A stretch of DNA of 64,000 nt from the human T2T-CHM13v2.0 reference genome, Homo sapiens: assembly GCF_009914755.1 (NCBI RefSeq), contig NC_060935.1. One strand, given 5' to 3'. The notes beneath the pieces were generated by a model. That model had not been told where the DNA came from. It saw only the letters and a program-made list of their open reading frames with translations, and did not search any database. Shown here piece after piece: positions 1-17,397 of the stretch (the first letter of the stretch is position 1; every line of letters starts with the position of its first letter). Both the position numbers and the translations under genes were made by a program.

Positions 1-595
1 AGAATTTGGAGAAATAAGTTGTCCAAGGCAAGAAGATAGTAAATTATAAGTACAAGTGTAATATGGACAGTATCTAACTTGAAAAGATTTCAGGCGAAAA
101 GAATCTGGGGTTTGCCAGTCAGTTGCTCAAAAGGTCAATGAAAACCAAATAGTGAAGCTATCAGAGAAGCTAATAAATTATAGACTGCTTGAACAGTTGT
201 GTCCAGATTAAGGGAGATAATAGCTTTCCCACCCTACTTTGTGCAGGTCATACCTCCCCAAAGTGTTTACCTAATCAGTAGGTTCACAAACTCTTGGTCA
301 TTATAGTATATGCCTAAAATGTATGCACTTAGGAATGCTAAAAATTTAAATATGGTCTAAAGCAAATAAAAGCAAAGAGGAAAAACTTTGGACATCGTAA
401 AGACTAGAATAGTCTTTTAAAAAGAAAGCCAGTATATTGGTTTGAAATATAGAGATGTGTCCCAATTTCAAGTATTTTAATTGCACCTTAATGAAATTAT
501 CTATTTTCTATAGATTTTAGTACTATTGAATGTATTACTTTACTGTTACCTGAATTTATTATAAAGTGTTTTTGAATAAATAATTCTAAAAGCAT
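1..595 (+). other. ATM: Distal 3' UTR of ATM (terminal exon end)
   Basis: AU-rich non-repeat sequence ending in AATAAA (575-580) with a GU-rich tract downstream. ATM is known to end tail-to-tail ~14 kb from the last coding exon of C11orf65, matching the spacing here. No ATM coding sequence is in the window, so identity rests on synteny. Confidence 0.75.
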
Positions 596-642
596 ATACT
601 AAGACTCATTCACTTTATTCAAATATTTGTGTGTTCTGTGTG
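575..642 (+). terminator. Polyadenylation signal AATAAA plus downstream GU-rich element
   Basis: AATAAA at 575-580; TTTGTGTGTTCTGTGTG at ~626-642; U-rich upstream sequence. Confidence 0.7.
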
Positions 643-725
643 CCAGGCATGGGACTCGTTCTAAGGAGAAAGCAGTGAGCAAGGCAGGCATAGTCTGCCT
701 ATATAAAGCTCCCAATCTGAGGAGG
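605..725 (-). mobile_element. L2 3'-end fragment
   Basis: CATTCA...CAAATATTT...TGTGTGCCAGGCA resembles the reverse complement of the L2 3' terminus. Confidence 0.55.
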
Positions 726-1289
726 ATAGGCAACTGACCACGCAGTGTGAACCGGGGAGCCTATTGCACAACCAGTCTGATAATGCTGCATCTCAGTCTA
801 AATATCCTAGTAGTGTTTCTTAGTCGCCTCCTGACAAAAAGGCAAATATGAATGTTCTTTCTTTGGGCCTAGAAAGTGATCTAGTTGACATTTCTAGCCT
901 AAAAGATCTGTACTAGAATATGACAAGTGCAAAGATCCTGGTATCCTAAATGCAAAGTTTTTTACCTGTTTATCATATTTTTAAAATAAATTCAGTCCTC
1001 TGGAGTTTTAGTCTCTTTTGCCTAGATTTTAACAAAATGCATTTTGCATAAATATAGTGGAGTCAAAGTTTCCACAAAGATTATAATGACTCAGAATTTG
1101 GTAAGTAAGGAGATCTCATAATAGACATTATCCTCTGAAAAATCCCTTTGCCATTAAAAGTACAGCATACACAGTTTTATGTACAACAGTATGTAGAAAT
1201 ATATACTTTCATTGTGTATGATCCAAAAGCAGTGGTTCTTAACCAGGGGTGATTTTGCTGCCTCACTTGATATTTTCAAAATAAAGTTA

Positions 1290-2400
1290 TTGTTATTTTG
1301 ATGGGAACAAAATGGTATCATGTCTCATTTTAATTTGTACCTCACTAATTACTAGGGAGATTAAATGTTTTAGTATACACTTGTTAGTCAGTATGATTTT
1401 CTCTGATGAACTGCCTGTACGTATTCTTTGCTGATATTTCTACTGATCCTTTGTTGGTTATGTAACATCTTAGCTAACATCTTTTCCAATTCTGTAGCTT
1501 GTCTCTTCATTCTCTTAATGGAGTTTTTTTGGTTGACAGACATTTTTATTAGTGTTTTCATTAAGGTTAAATCTTTCAGGTAGGGATTTTCCCTTGTTCC
1601 TAATGTCACTCAGTTAAGTTTTAGTTTTCCTTGCAGAGATCTTGTATAGTTTTACTATGTTTATTCCTAAGCACTTTGTTTTTTTAAATGTTCTTATAAA
1701 GGACATTTTTTTCATAAGTTTTTCCTAATTATTACTGTTAGAATTAAAATTAGTTTTTACATATTGATTTTTCTATCCAGTAACCACAGTAAGCTCTTTT
1801 AATTCTTTCTAGAAATATATCTGGATTCTTTTGGATTTTCTATATATATAGTCATATCATCTATGAGTAATGTTTGGATTTTCTATGTATATAATCATAT
1901 CATCTATGAATAATGTCAGAAATGGAATTGTTAGATCATATTCCAATCTATACTGTTTGCTTTTTTTTTTTCCTTGCCTCATTTTACTGGCTAGGACCTC
2001 TCTTTAGCACAATCATCAGTAGAATATTGGGACATTCTAGTCCTGTGCCTCATCTCAAAGATAAAAGTGTAAGTGTTTACCTTTAAATTTACTGTTTGCT
2101 GCAGGGTTTTGTTTTTTTTTTTTTTAATGTGTGTATTTCCCTTATCAGATTAAAGAAGTTCCTTTCTGTCCCTAGGCTGCTGTGAGGTTTTATTACAGAT
2201 GGTGAATTTTAGCAGTTTATCTGCATTTATTGATGATGATTATTTTCCTTGAATCTGTTAATGTAGTGAACTACACTGTTTGATTTTCTAAGGTTAAATC
2301 ATCTTATACTCCTAGTATAACCTCAACTGATCCATTTTATCTATTGCTTTATTTTGCTTGCAAACGTTTTGGTTAGTGTTTCCAAGTGGGATTTCCTTTC
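1290..2400 (-). mobile_element. Old L1M ORF2 fragments
   Basis: T-rich + strand; the minus-strand translation MKRQATELEKMLA resembles degenerate L1 ORF2. Confidence 0.65.
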
Positions 2401-2729
2401 CAGCATTTCTTGAGAAACTTTTTGTTTTCCCAAATTTTGAATCCCAAGAAAAATCAGTAATAAAATCAGGAAAATAGGAAAGATATTATAATTCTCCGGT
2501 GAGAATTAAAGCTTAGCAATCAACATAGACACATTGCTGATTTGAAGGAATCCAGCAACACAAACAGCACTGAACACTGAGACATAGTATTAAAGGTTAA
2601 GGTCAGTATTCCCATACTGGGACAGAAACATAGGAGAGAAGTGGTCATGATCTTGCTTATTAGTTCTTGCCATGATATAAGTGTGTGTTCATAGCTGGTA
2701 TACTACTAATGGTGAGTCACTTAAAAACA

Positions 2730-3432
2730 CCCACACACACACAACAAAATTTACCATCTCGTTTTTAAGTATACGGTTCAGTAGCGATAAAATACATTTC
2801 CAGTGGTGTGCAACCAACCTCCAGCACTTCTTTAACCTTACAAAACTAAAATTCTATACCCATTAAACAACTCCCCACTCCTCTATTCAACCAGCCCCTG
2901 AGAACTACTGTTCTACCTTTTGTCTCTCTGCATTTGACATTCAAGGTACTGTACCTTTTATAAGTAGAATCATGCAATATTTGTCTCTTTGTGACTAGCT
3001 TATTTCACTTAGCATAATGTCCTCAAGGTTCGTCTATGTTGTAATATATTGCAGAATTTCCTTCCTTTTTAAGGCTGAATAATATTCCATTGTGTATGTG
3101 TATATACTGTATATATTTTATTTATCCATTCATCCATCAGTGGATACTAGAGTTGTCTCTACCCTTTGACTATTGTGAATATTGTCACTATTTACATGGG
3201 TATACAAATATGTCTTCAGAACTCTTTTTTCTTTATACCCAGAAACGGAATTGTTGGATCATATAGTCATTCTATTTTTAACTTTTTAAGGAGCCACCAT
3301 ACTGTTTTTCCACAGTGGCCGAACCATTTTACAACTCCACCATCAGTGCACAAGGGTTGCAATTTCTCAACATCCTTATCAACACTTATTTTCTGTTTTT
3401 ATGTTTTGAGTAGCAGACATAATGGGTGTGGG
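2730..3432 (-). mobile_element. L1MA/L1MB 3' end
   Basis: Typical L1M 3' UTR motifs (CTTATTTCACTTAGCATAATGTCCTCAAGGTTC, TATCCATTCATCCATC). Confidence 0.8.
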
Positions 3433-3634
3433 TGACTCTTACAAGTAGAAGCATTGTATATTTTACACAAATCCTATAAATGGTATTCTAAGTTTTAGAA
3501 ACAAAAAATGTCCTTCAATTGACGGTTTCAAAACCTGATTCTGTGTATTGTTGTTAACCTTGTTAGGAGATCGTAACGTTAGGTTACTTGAAAACTACCC
3601 AAAATGTTCCCTACTGTAGTGTTTGAATATTTAA

Positions 3635-4002
<368 letters not shown>

Positions 4003-4244
4003 TAAACAGTGTTTTTAGATTTCCATGATTATGAGAGTTGCAAAGGTTTTAAGACAGAAAAAGGAAATTAGCTGTTTGCCAGATTTATTTTAAATCATTG
4101 CAGTGTAAAGCATCATGGACAAGTGGACTTCACAGGCATTTCAAAGATGAAAAGGACAAAAACACAGAAAATAATTGTGGTAAGTCAGTGCCATCTATGA
4201 AATGATACCAATTCTACAAAAACTCTTCATAATATTAGAATAAC

Positions 4245-5030
4245 CCATTTTATGAAGCCAGCATACTCAAAACCAGACAGAGAATTACAAGAAAGATGCC
4301 GGGCACACATCTGTAATCCCAGCACTTTGGGAGGCCAAGGTGGCAAATCACTTTTAAGTCAGGATTTTGAGACCCTGGCCAATATGGTGAAACCCCATCT
4401 CTACCAAAGATTTAAAAAAAAAAATTAGCTGGGTGTAGTGGCACATGCTTGTAATCCCAGCTACTCAGGTGGCTGAGGCACAAGAATCACTTGAACCCAA
4501 GAGGCAGAGGTTGCAGTGGGCTGAGACGTGCCACTGCACTCCAGCCTCGGTGACAGAGTGAGACTGTCTCATAAAAAAAAAAAATTAAAAGAAAGAAAAC
4601 TAAAGACCAATATCCTCCATGAACATTGATGTAAAAATCCTCACAAAATATTAGCAAATCAATTCTATCAATATAAGAAAGAGGTAAATCATGACCAAAT
4701 GGCATTATTCCAGATTGACTCAATCAATGTAACTAAATAAACCATATGATCATGCCAATAGTGCAGAAAAAGCTTGTGAGAAAATTCAGTACTCATTCAT
4801 GATAAAACTCATCAAACTAGGAATAAAAGACATCTGACAAAGGACATCTGTGAAAAACTTACAGCTCACGTCATATTTAACGATGAAAACCTTGGTTATC
4901 TCCAAAGATCAGGAACAAGGCAAGGATGCCACTCTTACCACTTCTATCCCACATTGCACTGGAGTTCCTAGCCATGCAGTAATGTAAATAGAAAGCAATA
5001 AAAGACATACCGTTTTATAAAGGAAGAAGT
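4245..5030 (+). mobile_element. Old L1M ORF2 fragment interrupted by an Alu (4298-4585)
   Basis: Degenerate ORF2 RT-region sequence (TTTTATGAAGCCAGCAT, AGACCAATATCC, AAAGGAAGAAGT) that stops abruptly at the L1PA3 start. Confidence 0.8.
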
Positions 5031-5481
5031 GGGAGGAGCCAAGATGGCCAAATAGGAACAGCTCCGGTCTACAGCTCCCAGTGTGAGCGACGCAGAAGAC
5101 GGGTGATTTCTGCATTTCCATCTGAGATACCGGGTTCATCTCACTAGGGAGTGCCAGACAGTAGGTGCAGGACAGTGGGTGCAGCGCACCGTGCGCCAGC
5201 CGAAGCAGGGCGTGGCATCGCATCACACGGGAAGCGCAAGGGGTCCGGGAGTTCCCTTTCCTGGTCAAGGAAAGGGGTGACAGATGGCACCTGGAAAATC
5301 GGGCCACTCCCACCCGAATACTGCGCTTTTCCGACGGGCTTAGGAAACGGTGCACCAGGAAATTATATCCCGCACCTGGCTCGGAGGGTCCTACGCCCAC
5401 GGAGTCTTGCTGATTGCTAGCACAGCAGTCTGAGATCAAACTGCAAGGCTGCAGCGAGGCTGGCGGAGGGGCACCCGCCAT
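4909..5481 (-). other. L1 antisense ORF0, extended to 190 codons
   Basis: ATG at 5481 begins MAGAPPPASLQPCSLISDCCASNQ (ORF0 signature). The frame stays open through the L1 5' end to 4909. Confidence 0.7.
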
Positions 5482-6014
5482 TGCCCAGGCTCGCTTAGGT
5501 AAACAAAGCAGCCGGGAAGCTCCAACTGGGTGGAGCCCACCACAGCTCAAGGAGGCCTGCCTGCCTCTGTAGGCTCAGAAACCTCTGCAGACTTAAATGT
5601 CCCTGTCTGACAGCTTTGAGGAGAGCAGTGGTTCTCCCAGCACGCAGTTTGAGATCTGAGAATGGGCAGACTGCCTCCTCAAGTAGGTCCCTGACCCCTG
5701 AGCAGCCTAACCGGGAGGCACCCCCCAGTGGGGCAGACTGATACCTCACATGGCCAGGTACTCCTCTGAGACAAAACTTCCAGAGGAACGATCAGACAGC
5801 AGCATTCGCGGTTCATGAAAATCCGTGGTTCTGCAGACACCGCTGCTGATACCCAGGCAAACGGTCTGGAGTGGACCTCTAGCAAACTCCAACAGACCTG
5901 CAGCTGAGGGTCCTGTCTGTTAGAAGGAAAACTAACAACAGAAAGGATATCCACACCAAAAACCCATCTGTACATCACCATCATCAAAGACCAAAAGTAG
6001 ATAAAACCACAAAG

Positions 6015-7029
6015 ATGGGGAAAAAACAGAGCAGAAAAACTGGAAACTCTAAAAAGGAGAGCGCCTCTCCTCCTCCAAAGGAACGCAGTTCCTTACCAGC
6101 AATGGAACAAAGCTGGATGGAGAATGACTTTGACGAGTTGAGAGAAGAAGGCTTCAGATGATCAAACTACTCCGAGCTACAGGAGGAAATTCAAACCAAA
6201 GGCAAAGAAGTTGAAAACTTTGAAAAAAATTTAGACAAATGTATAACTAGAATAACCAATACAGAGAAGTGCTTAAAGGAGCTGATGGAGCTGAAAGCCA
6301 AGGCTCGAAAACTACGTGAAGAATGCAGAAGCCTCAGGAGCTGATGCGATCAACTGGAAGAAAGGGTATCAGCAATGGAAAATGAAATGAATAAAATGAA
6401 GCGAGAAGGGAAGTTTAGAGAAAAAAGAATAAAAAGAAACGAACAAAGCCTCCAAGAAATATGGGACTATGTGAAAAGACCAAATCTACATCTGATTGGT
6501 GTACCTGAAAGTGATGGGGAGAATGGAACCAAGATGGAAAACACTCTGCAGGATATTATCCAGGAGAACTTCCCCAATCTAGCAAGGCAGGCCAACGTTC
6601 AGGTTCAGGAAATACAGAGAACGCCACAAAGATACTCCTCGAGAAGAGCAACTCCAAGACACATAATTGTCAGATTCACCAAAGTTGAAATGAAGGAAAA
6701 AATGTTAAGGGCAGCCAGAGAGAAAGGTCGGGTTACCCTCAAAGGGAAGCCCATCAGACTAACAGCGGATCTTGGCAGAAACCCTACAAGCCAGAAGAGA
6801 GTGGGGGCCAATATTCAACATTCTTAAAGAAAAGAATTTTCAACCCAGAATTTCATATCCAGCCAAACTAAGCTTCATCAGTGAAGGAGAAATAAAATAC
6901 TTTACAGACAAGCAAATGCTGAGAGATTTTGTCACCACCAGGCCTGCCCTAAAAGAGCTCCTGAAGGAAGCACTAAACATGGAAAGGAACAACCGGTACC
7001 AGCCACTGCAAAATCATGCCAAAATGTAA
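6015..7029 (+). pseudogene. L1 ORF1, disrupted
   Basis: ATG at 6015; in-frame TGA at 6159 and 6342; frameshift near 6770; C-terminus ...QNHAKM intact. Confidence 0.9.
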
Positions 7030-7092
7030 AGACCATCAAGACTAGGAAGAAACTGCATCAACTAACGAACAAAATAACCAGCTAACATCATA

Positions 7093-10906
<3,814 letters not shown>

Positions 10907-11144
10907 ACAATGAGAACACATGGACACAGGAAGGGGAACATCACACTCTGGGGACTGTTGTGGGGTGGGGGGAGGGGCTAGGGATAGCATTAGGAGATAT
11001 ACCTAATGCTAAATGACGAGTTAATGGGTGCAGCACACCAGCATGGCACATGTATACATATGTAACTAATTCGCACATTGTGCACATGTACCCTAAAACT
11101 TAAAGTATAATAATAATAAAATAAAATTAAAAAAAAAAAGAAAA

Positions 11145-12920
11145 TCCATAGCTCCTGGGTTTATTTAAGTAACCCTTACTCAGGGTTAGCCTGCTAAGGG
11201 ACTTCTACACAAGGACAAATAACATTAGACTGTACCTAGAAGTTCCCTTGACAAGGTGAAGGGAGCACAGGCCAGCTGCTTTACTTTCTTACTCCTCAAG
11301 CAGGACTTGGTGATAAATGTTATATGGAATGTCTTGGAGAGTAAATAGTCATGGATATAATTTCTCAAAAAGGGGTAATATTTGACAGATTTCATGGGGG
11401 AAGTTTATTTGCTGTGAATTGTCAGATCTAGCAGGCACAGTAGATACCCATTACATGAGACATTTGGGAATTATCTCCAGCAGATTTGAAAAGCACAAGT
11501 AAGTTACACAGCAAGAGCCCTCATCTCCACGTCACCTAATTCAGTTGCCCAAATGCTTCTCTCTCAGGCCACACTGATGATACTGACTATGGTATACCTA
11601 TGGTACATCACTCAAGGTAGAGACGTTCCCTACGAACTTGGGCCTTGCTCATGAATGAGTTGGCTCAAGCTAAAACTGCATTGATGCCTTACTACAGCTC
11701 CACTTAGGTATAGCCCTAAAGAACAGTGCTAAGGGAAAATCCTAGTGGGCAAAGCTTTGAGCACTATACTTGGTCATTCACTTCTTATTGAGAGAGAAGT
11801 AGCCTTAAGTAGAGATACACATGGATTCTTGGGCAGTGGCAAATTGACTCATTGGTCAGGTACTTAACTTGGAAAGGGCAAAATTAGATCAGAGACAAGG
11901 AAATCTGGGAAATGTCATAACAATTGACTTATAAGGTGTGGATCTTCACATATCACTTTTATGCTTACAAGAGAGCATCCACTACAGAAGAGACATTAAA
12001 CAACCAGATGTATAAGGTGACTTTGGCACTGAGGGCCAGCCAACATGCTCTTGGCCACCCTAGTGCTTGTGCAATTAGCTCATCTACAGAAGAGTCATGA
12101 TGGCATGGATGGAAGCCAAGGGCCCAAAATCATGGGCCTTTTCTCAGAAAAACTAATCTAGCTGCTTCCACTGCTGAATGACACTTGGCCTTGATATGAC
12201 ACCATCATTTGAAAAGACCAATCAGTTCTTTGGTGGCAACATGATTATATCAGACCCATTCTTGTTTGGACATTGCAGCAATTCATTCTTAACAGGGATT
12301 ACTACTTGGTCCAGGTATGGATTTGCCTTTCTTGACTATGGTGACTCTTATCAGAACCACTATCTAAGGACCTATAAAATGCATGATTTACTATTATGGG
12401 CTTTCTGACCAAGGGACCAATTTTACAGTAAAGGAATTTAAAAAATGAGTAGAGTATATGACAATGGAAAACACTAGTCCTATCATATGCCACACAATCC
12501 AGAAACTATTAGAATGTTAAATTGGCCTGTTAAGGAGTAACCTAAGGTTCTAGCTTAAGTATGACATGCAGCTAGGTTGGAGCATTTTCCTCCAGGATGT
12601 GATATATACATTGAACCAAGGGCCATTATATGGTGCTCTGTCTAAATAACTTAAATAGTGTTATGACATATGGGTCCAAGAACCAAGGGATGGAAATTAG
12701 GTTGGCCCCTCTCACCACTACTCTCAGTGATCCCTTGGGAATTTGTGCTTCTTGTTCCTACAAGTTGAGACTCAGCAGAACTGAGTCCATGTAGCCACTG
12801 GATGCATGTATCCTCCCTGTATCCAGTGAGGGAATGGTTCCCCTGGAGGTCACAATAAGGATTCCACTGAACCTAGAACTATGATTGCTACCTGGTCATG
12901 TTTGGCTCCTCATGCTGGTA
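11145..12920 (+). mobile_element. ERVL-class internal (pol RNaseH/integrase) remnant
   Basis: Degenerate integrase motifs FLTGITTWSRYGFAF (cf. VLTGIDTYSGYGFAF) and SDQGTNFT near 12290-12430. Confidence 0.75.
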
Positions 12921-12924
12921 GATA

Positions 12925-13225
12925 AATATCTGGTTTCTCTGTCCACTAGTAGGAAAATTCTGAAGTACATTCTGTATGGTTCCTCAGAGCATTCCTAGCA
13001 AACTGAGGCCTGGATACCCACAGTAATAACCCATTCTTAACACAAAAGTTTTTTGGCTTTTCTCCCTTCCCTGTGTCACTTTCTCTAATTTCTAATTTCT
13101 CTAATTTCTAATTCTCTAATTTCTAATTCTCTAATTTCTAATTTGTGCTTTCTGGGATCATCTCCGAAATAAACTATCTGTACCAATGTCTTATGGTTTC
13201 CTTTGAAAGGAATCACTAAGATTGT
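12925..13225 (+). mobile_element. LTR16-like ERVL LTR, partial
   Basis: GGGATCATCTCCGAAATAAACTA matches the LTR16-family 3' end. Confidence 0.55.
13081..13144 (+). repeat. Short tandem repeat of TTTCTAA / TTCTCTAA units
   Basis: About 8 units visible directly. Confidence 0.9.
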
Positions 13226-13249
13226 TCCTTTTCTCTTTGTGTTGATTTT

Positions 13250-13760
13250 AAATGTATTCACAAATTCTTTGACAATCTTCCTTTTAAGAGATAGAGCTTA
13301 ATTCCCCTCTCCATAAGTATAGGCTGGACTTGATGCATTTCTAATTAATAGAATAGGGCAGAAGTGATGGTGTGTGGCCTCTCAGACTAGTTCTTAAAAG
13401 GCATTGCGGCTTCCTCCTTGCTCTCTCTCTCTCTCTCAGGTTGCTTGCTCAGCCATGTTATGAGGCCACTCAAGCTATCCTATGGGGAGGTCTAAGTATC
13501 AAGGAATTGAGGCCTCCTGCCAACAACTGTTCAAGTGTACCATCTTGGAGGCAGATTCTCCAACCCAGTCAAGCTTTCAGATGACTGCAGCCCTGGCCAA
13601 AATCTTTACTGCAACCTCCTGCGAGACTTCAAGCCAGAGCCACCCAACTAAACCACTCCCAGTTTCCTAACCCTCAGAAACTGAATGAGATAATAACTGT
13701 TGCTTTAAGCTGCTATGTCTTGGGGTAATTTATTATGCAGTGATAGAAAACTAATTCACT
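13250..13760 (+). mobile_element. MLT1 (ERVL-MaLR) solo LTR
   Basis: Ends ...TGCTTTAAGCTGCTATGTCTTGGGGTAATTTATTATGCAG...AACTAAT, typical of MLT1. Confidence 0.75.
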
Positions 13761-14501
13761 GCTCTAACCTGGAAGAAAGGGAATGGGAATCCAAAGAGTT
13801 GTATTGCATGCAGAGTAGTGAAGGCAAATCGTAGGCCCCAAAAAAACTGAGATTAGGGGAATGATCTAGGAAGGAAAATGAAAAAAGGAAAGGGCAACAT
13901 TGATGAAAGCAAGTAAAGAGAAAAATGTAAACAAGGAAAGATAACATTATAAAAGAAAGAAATAACTATGACATAAAATAGGCAGTAACTAAGTGTGAGA
14001 GAAACTGAGAATTGCAAAGACAAACTAGAATGAGTAAGCAGACAGAGAATCAAGAGGAAGAAAGAAAAAAGGTTCAGTGAAGAAAAAAATGGAGTAATGA
14101 GAGGATAAACGTGGGAGAGGGGATTTAAAGAAGCAAGGCACACTAGGATATGGGATAAAGGGACCGAGAGCTCTGCCTTCCATGAATGCACTAAATGCCT
14201 CAAGTAAACATGCAAAATAATCAGTCTGAAGCTTCTTGCACCTAAATGTAGTCTCTTTACTTAAGTGTGACTGTTAGAATACTACAGTTTCTCAGAATAC
14301 TAGGAATAATTTCTATATTTGCCATGATCATTGTATTCAGTCCAGTGTTCTATTTCTGCTCAATCTTCCTTACTTAACTGAGCTAGATTCTGTGCCCAGA
14401 ATATATACACAAGTTATTCCAGTCAGAATACACTATCTCTTGGCTATAACTGATGGATGGAAGGCTCAAAGGGCTATAACTCAGAATAGAAATAAAGTAC
14501 T

Positions 14502-14656
14502 TTATAGTCCATAAGTAGAATCAGGCGTTAATCTAGTTACATTTGGTTCTTGATAAACATTTTCATAGTAAGTATCATCTGGTATTCCCATTTGCATCTT
14601 TGATATGTCTCCTCCATAGTTATATATGTTTTTCTGTGCTTGATTAAACCTGAATC
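14502..14656 (-). CDS. C11orf65: C11orf65 (MFI) last coding exon: (G)FRFNQAQKNIY...TPDSTYGL*
   Basis: Acceptor ttctctttag at 14657-14658; TAA at 14504-14502; matches the remembered C11orf65 C-terminus; phase fits the upstream exon. Confidence 0.93.
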
Positions 14657-14864
14657 CTAAAGAGAAGTGACAAATGATTAGAAAGATACCAGATATAATA
14701 AGATGCTCACTCAAAATGCTACTGTGTTGTGGTCTGTTCCACATTCCTTTTCACCATTCTTAAAGCAAATATCTTCACCTGAAACCAGAAACACCCCAAA
14801 TTTCTGAGTTCATCCCACTTTCACTCCCACATATCACTGTCCATCCCTACAAAAGGCTCTGCAG

Positions 14865-15070
14865 GACCTGGGTTTTAGGTCTGATCTACTAATAACTAGC
14901 TGTGTAATTTGGGACAAATTATTTAACCTAAGTCTTAGTGCTCTCATCTGTAAAATGGGGATAATAACCGCACCTACCTCATCATATTCCTGCAAGAGTT
15001 AAATGTGACAGTGCATGTAAAGAACTTAGAGCATCTGGTATTTAGTTGGTGCTCTGTAACTATTAGCTAA
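14865..15070 (+). mobile_element. MIR
   Basis: Core CTCATCTGTAAAATGGGGATAATAA. Confidence 0.85.
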
Positions 15071-15351
15071 CTTCTTCATTCACAAAGGGAGAAATGCCCT
15101 TTTCCTCTCAAGAGCTCATGTTTCTCAATCTGCTCTGGATTTACCTTCTCTTGCTTCTTGAAGAAGTGACACACATTATCCTCTTCTCCAATGCCAACAT
15201 CTTCAATGTATCACCTTCACTGGCTTCAGTTATGCAAATCTCCACTACTTAAAATAATTTTCACTTGCTTTTATGCTCCTTCCAACTACCATCCTATATC
15301 TTTCTTCTTTTCACAGTAATCTCTTTTAACTCAGTAACTTATATTGTTTCC

Positions 15352-15640
15352 TTTTTTTTTTTTTTTTGAGACAGGGTCTTACTCTGTTGCCCAGGCTAGA
15401 GTGCAGTGGCGCAATCGCACAGCCTCCACCTCCTGGGCTCAAACAACTCTCCCGCCTCAGCTTCCCAAGTAGCAAGGACTACAGGTGTATGCCACCATGC
15501 CCTGCTGACATTTTATTTTTTGTAGAGTGAGAGTCTCTTTATGTTGCCCAGGATAGTCTTGAACTCTTTGCCTCAAGTGATCCTCCAAACTTAGCCTCCC
15601 AAAGTGCTGGGATTACAGGCATGAGCCATTGTGCTGGGTC
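15352..15640 (-). mobile_element. AluJ
   Basis: Reverse Alu with J-type diagnostics. Confidence 0.85.
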
Positions 15641-15809
15641 TCTGTGCTGATTTAAATTTGTAAAAGATGACTATCTATTGAGCAGAGAAGGGAATGGAGA
15701 AGCATTGGTTTGGAGGCTATTGCAGAAGCCTGTAGAGGGGTGAAGGCAACCTGGGCTGAGTGGGTGGCAGTGAGCTGGAAATAGGTGGATTGGTTAATGC
15801 TAAGGATGG

Positions 15810-16311
<502 letters not shown>

Positions 16312-16572
16312 TTACTGCTTCTCCTATCTGCTAGTAGGACAGAACTCATACACCATCATTAGGCTTTGGCTATGTTAAAATTATTGGCGTTTCTGGGGTC
16401 TGATGACACTCTTCTTCAACATGCTGGCTTTTACTTTTAGCATTTCAGTACTGCTAACTACTGGCAGAACAATAGTGGCCTAGAACCTAAAAACTATTTT
16501 CAACATTTTGAGGCATTTATTTTGCCAAGTGAAGTCTGCTCATGAAAAATTGTTACTAAAACTATAAGTAAC

Positions 16573-17172
16573 TTTTTTTTTTCACTCTGTCACCCAGGCT
16601 GGAGTTTAGTGGTGCAATCTTGGCTCACTGCAACCTCCGCCTCCCTGTTCAAACGATTCTCTTGCCACAGCCTCCGAGTATCTGAGATTACAGACATCTG
16701 CCACCATGCACAGCTAATTTTTGTATTTTTAGTAGAGTCAGGGTTTCACCATGTTGGCCAGGCTGGTCTCGAACTCCTGACCTCAGGTGATCCATCTGCC
16801 TCAGCCTCCCAAAGTGCTGGGATTACAGGTGTGTGCCACTGTGCCTGACCAGTAACTTTTAAAAAAGGATTCATATTTTGGCTAGGCATGGTGGCTCTCG
16901 CCTGTAATCCCAGCACTTTGGGAGGCCGAGGTAGTTGGATCACAAGGTCAGCAGATCAAGACCATCCCGGCTAACACAGTGAAACCCTGTCTCTACTAAA
17001 AATACAAAAAATTAGCGGGGTGTGGTGGCGGGTGCCTGTAGTTCCAGCTACTTGGGAGGCTCAGGCAGGAGAATGGTGTGAACCTGGGAGGCGGAGCTTG
17101 CAGTGAGCCAACATCGCACCACTGCACTCCAGCCTGGGCGACAGAGCAAGACTCCGTCTCAAAAAAAAAAAA
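16573..17172. mobile_element. Head-to-head Alu pair (16573-16850 -, 16880-17172 +)
   Basis: Two Alus, each with its own TSD, about 30 bp apart. Confidence 0.9.
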
Positions 17173-17397
17173 GATTCATATTTTTAAAATCACTTTATTC
17201 AAACTTAAATAATATAGGACATTTCCTTCTATTCCCAAATAACAATCTTACATACAAAGGTAAAAATGACTTGACAAATGCATCTAAATTTATATACTAT
17301 GCAGATTACTGAAATGTTAAATGCCTAGAAATACGTGTGTGGAATGTATTTTTTGTTCATGAGAATTTCCTATAAAGTACTGCTAAAAATCACCTAC

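Noticed and set aside
13081-13144. Repeat array as CRISPR-like
   Set aside because: A simple 7-9 bp tandem repeat with no spacers, in eukaryotic DNA.
13756-14215. Hydrophobic ORFs resembling membrane proteins (also 22464-22724)
   Set aside because: Artefacts of purine/pyrimidine-biased low-complexity DNA, with no splice or homology support.
14200-14500. C11orf65 poly(A) signal
   Set aside because: No canonical minus-strand AATAAA was seen close to the stop, only variants, so the 3' end could not be placed.
14657-14744. N-terminal part of ORF 14502..14744 as coding
   Set aside because: It lies upstream of the acceptor at 14657 and is intronic read-through; only 14502-14656 is exon.
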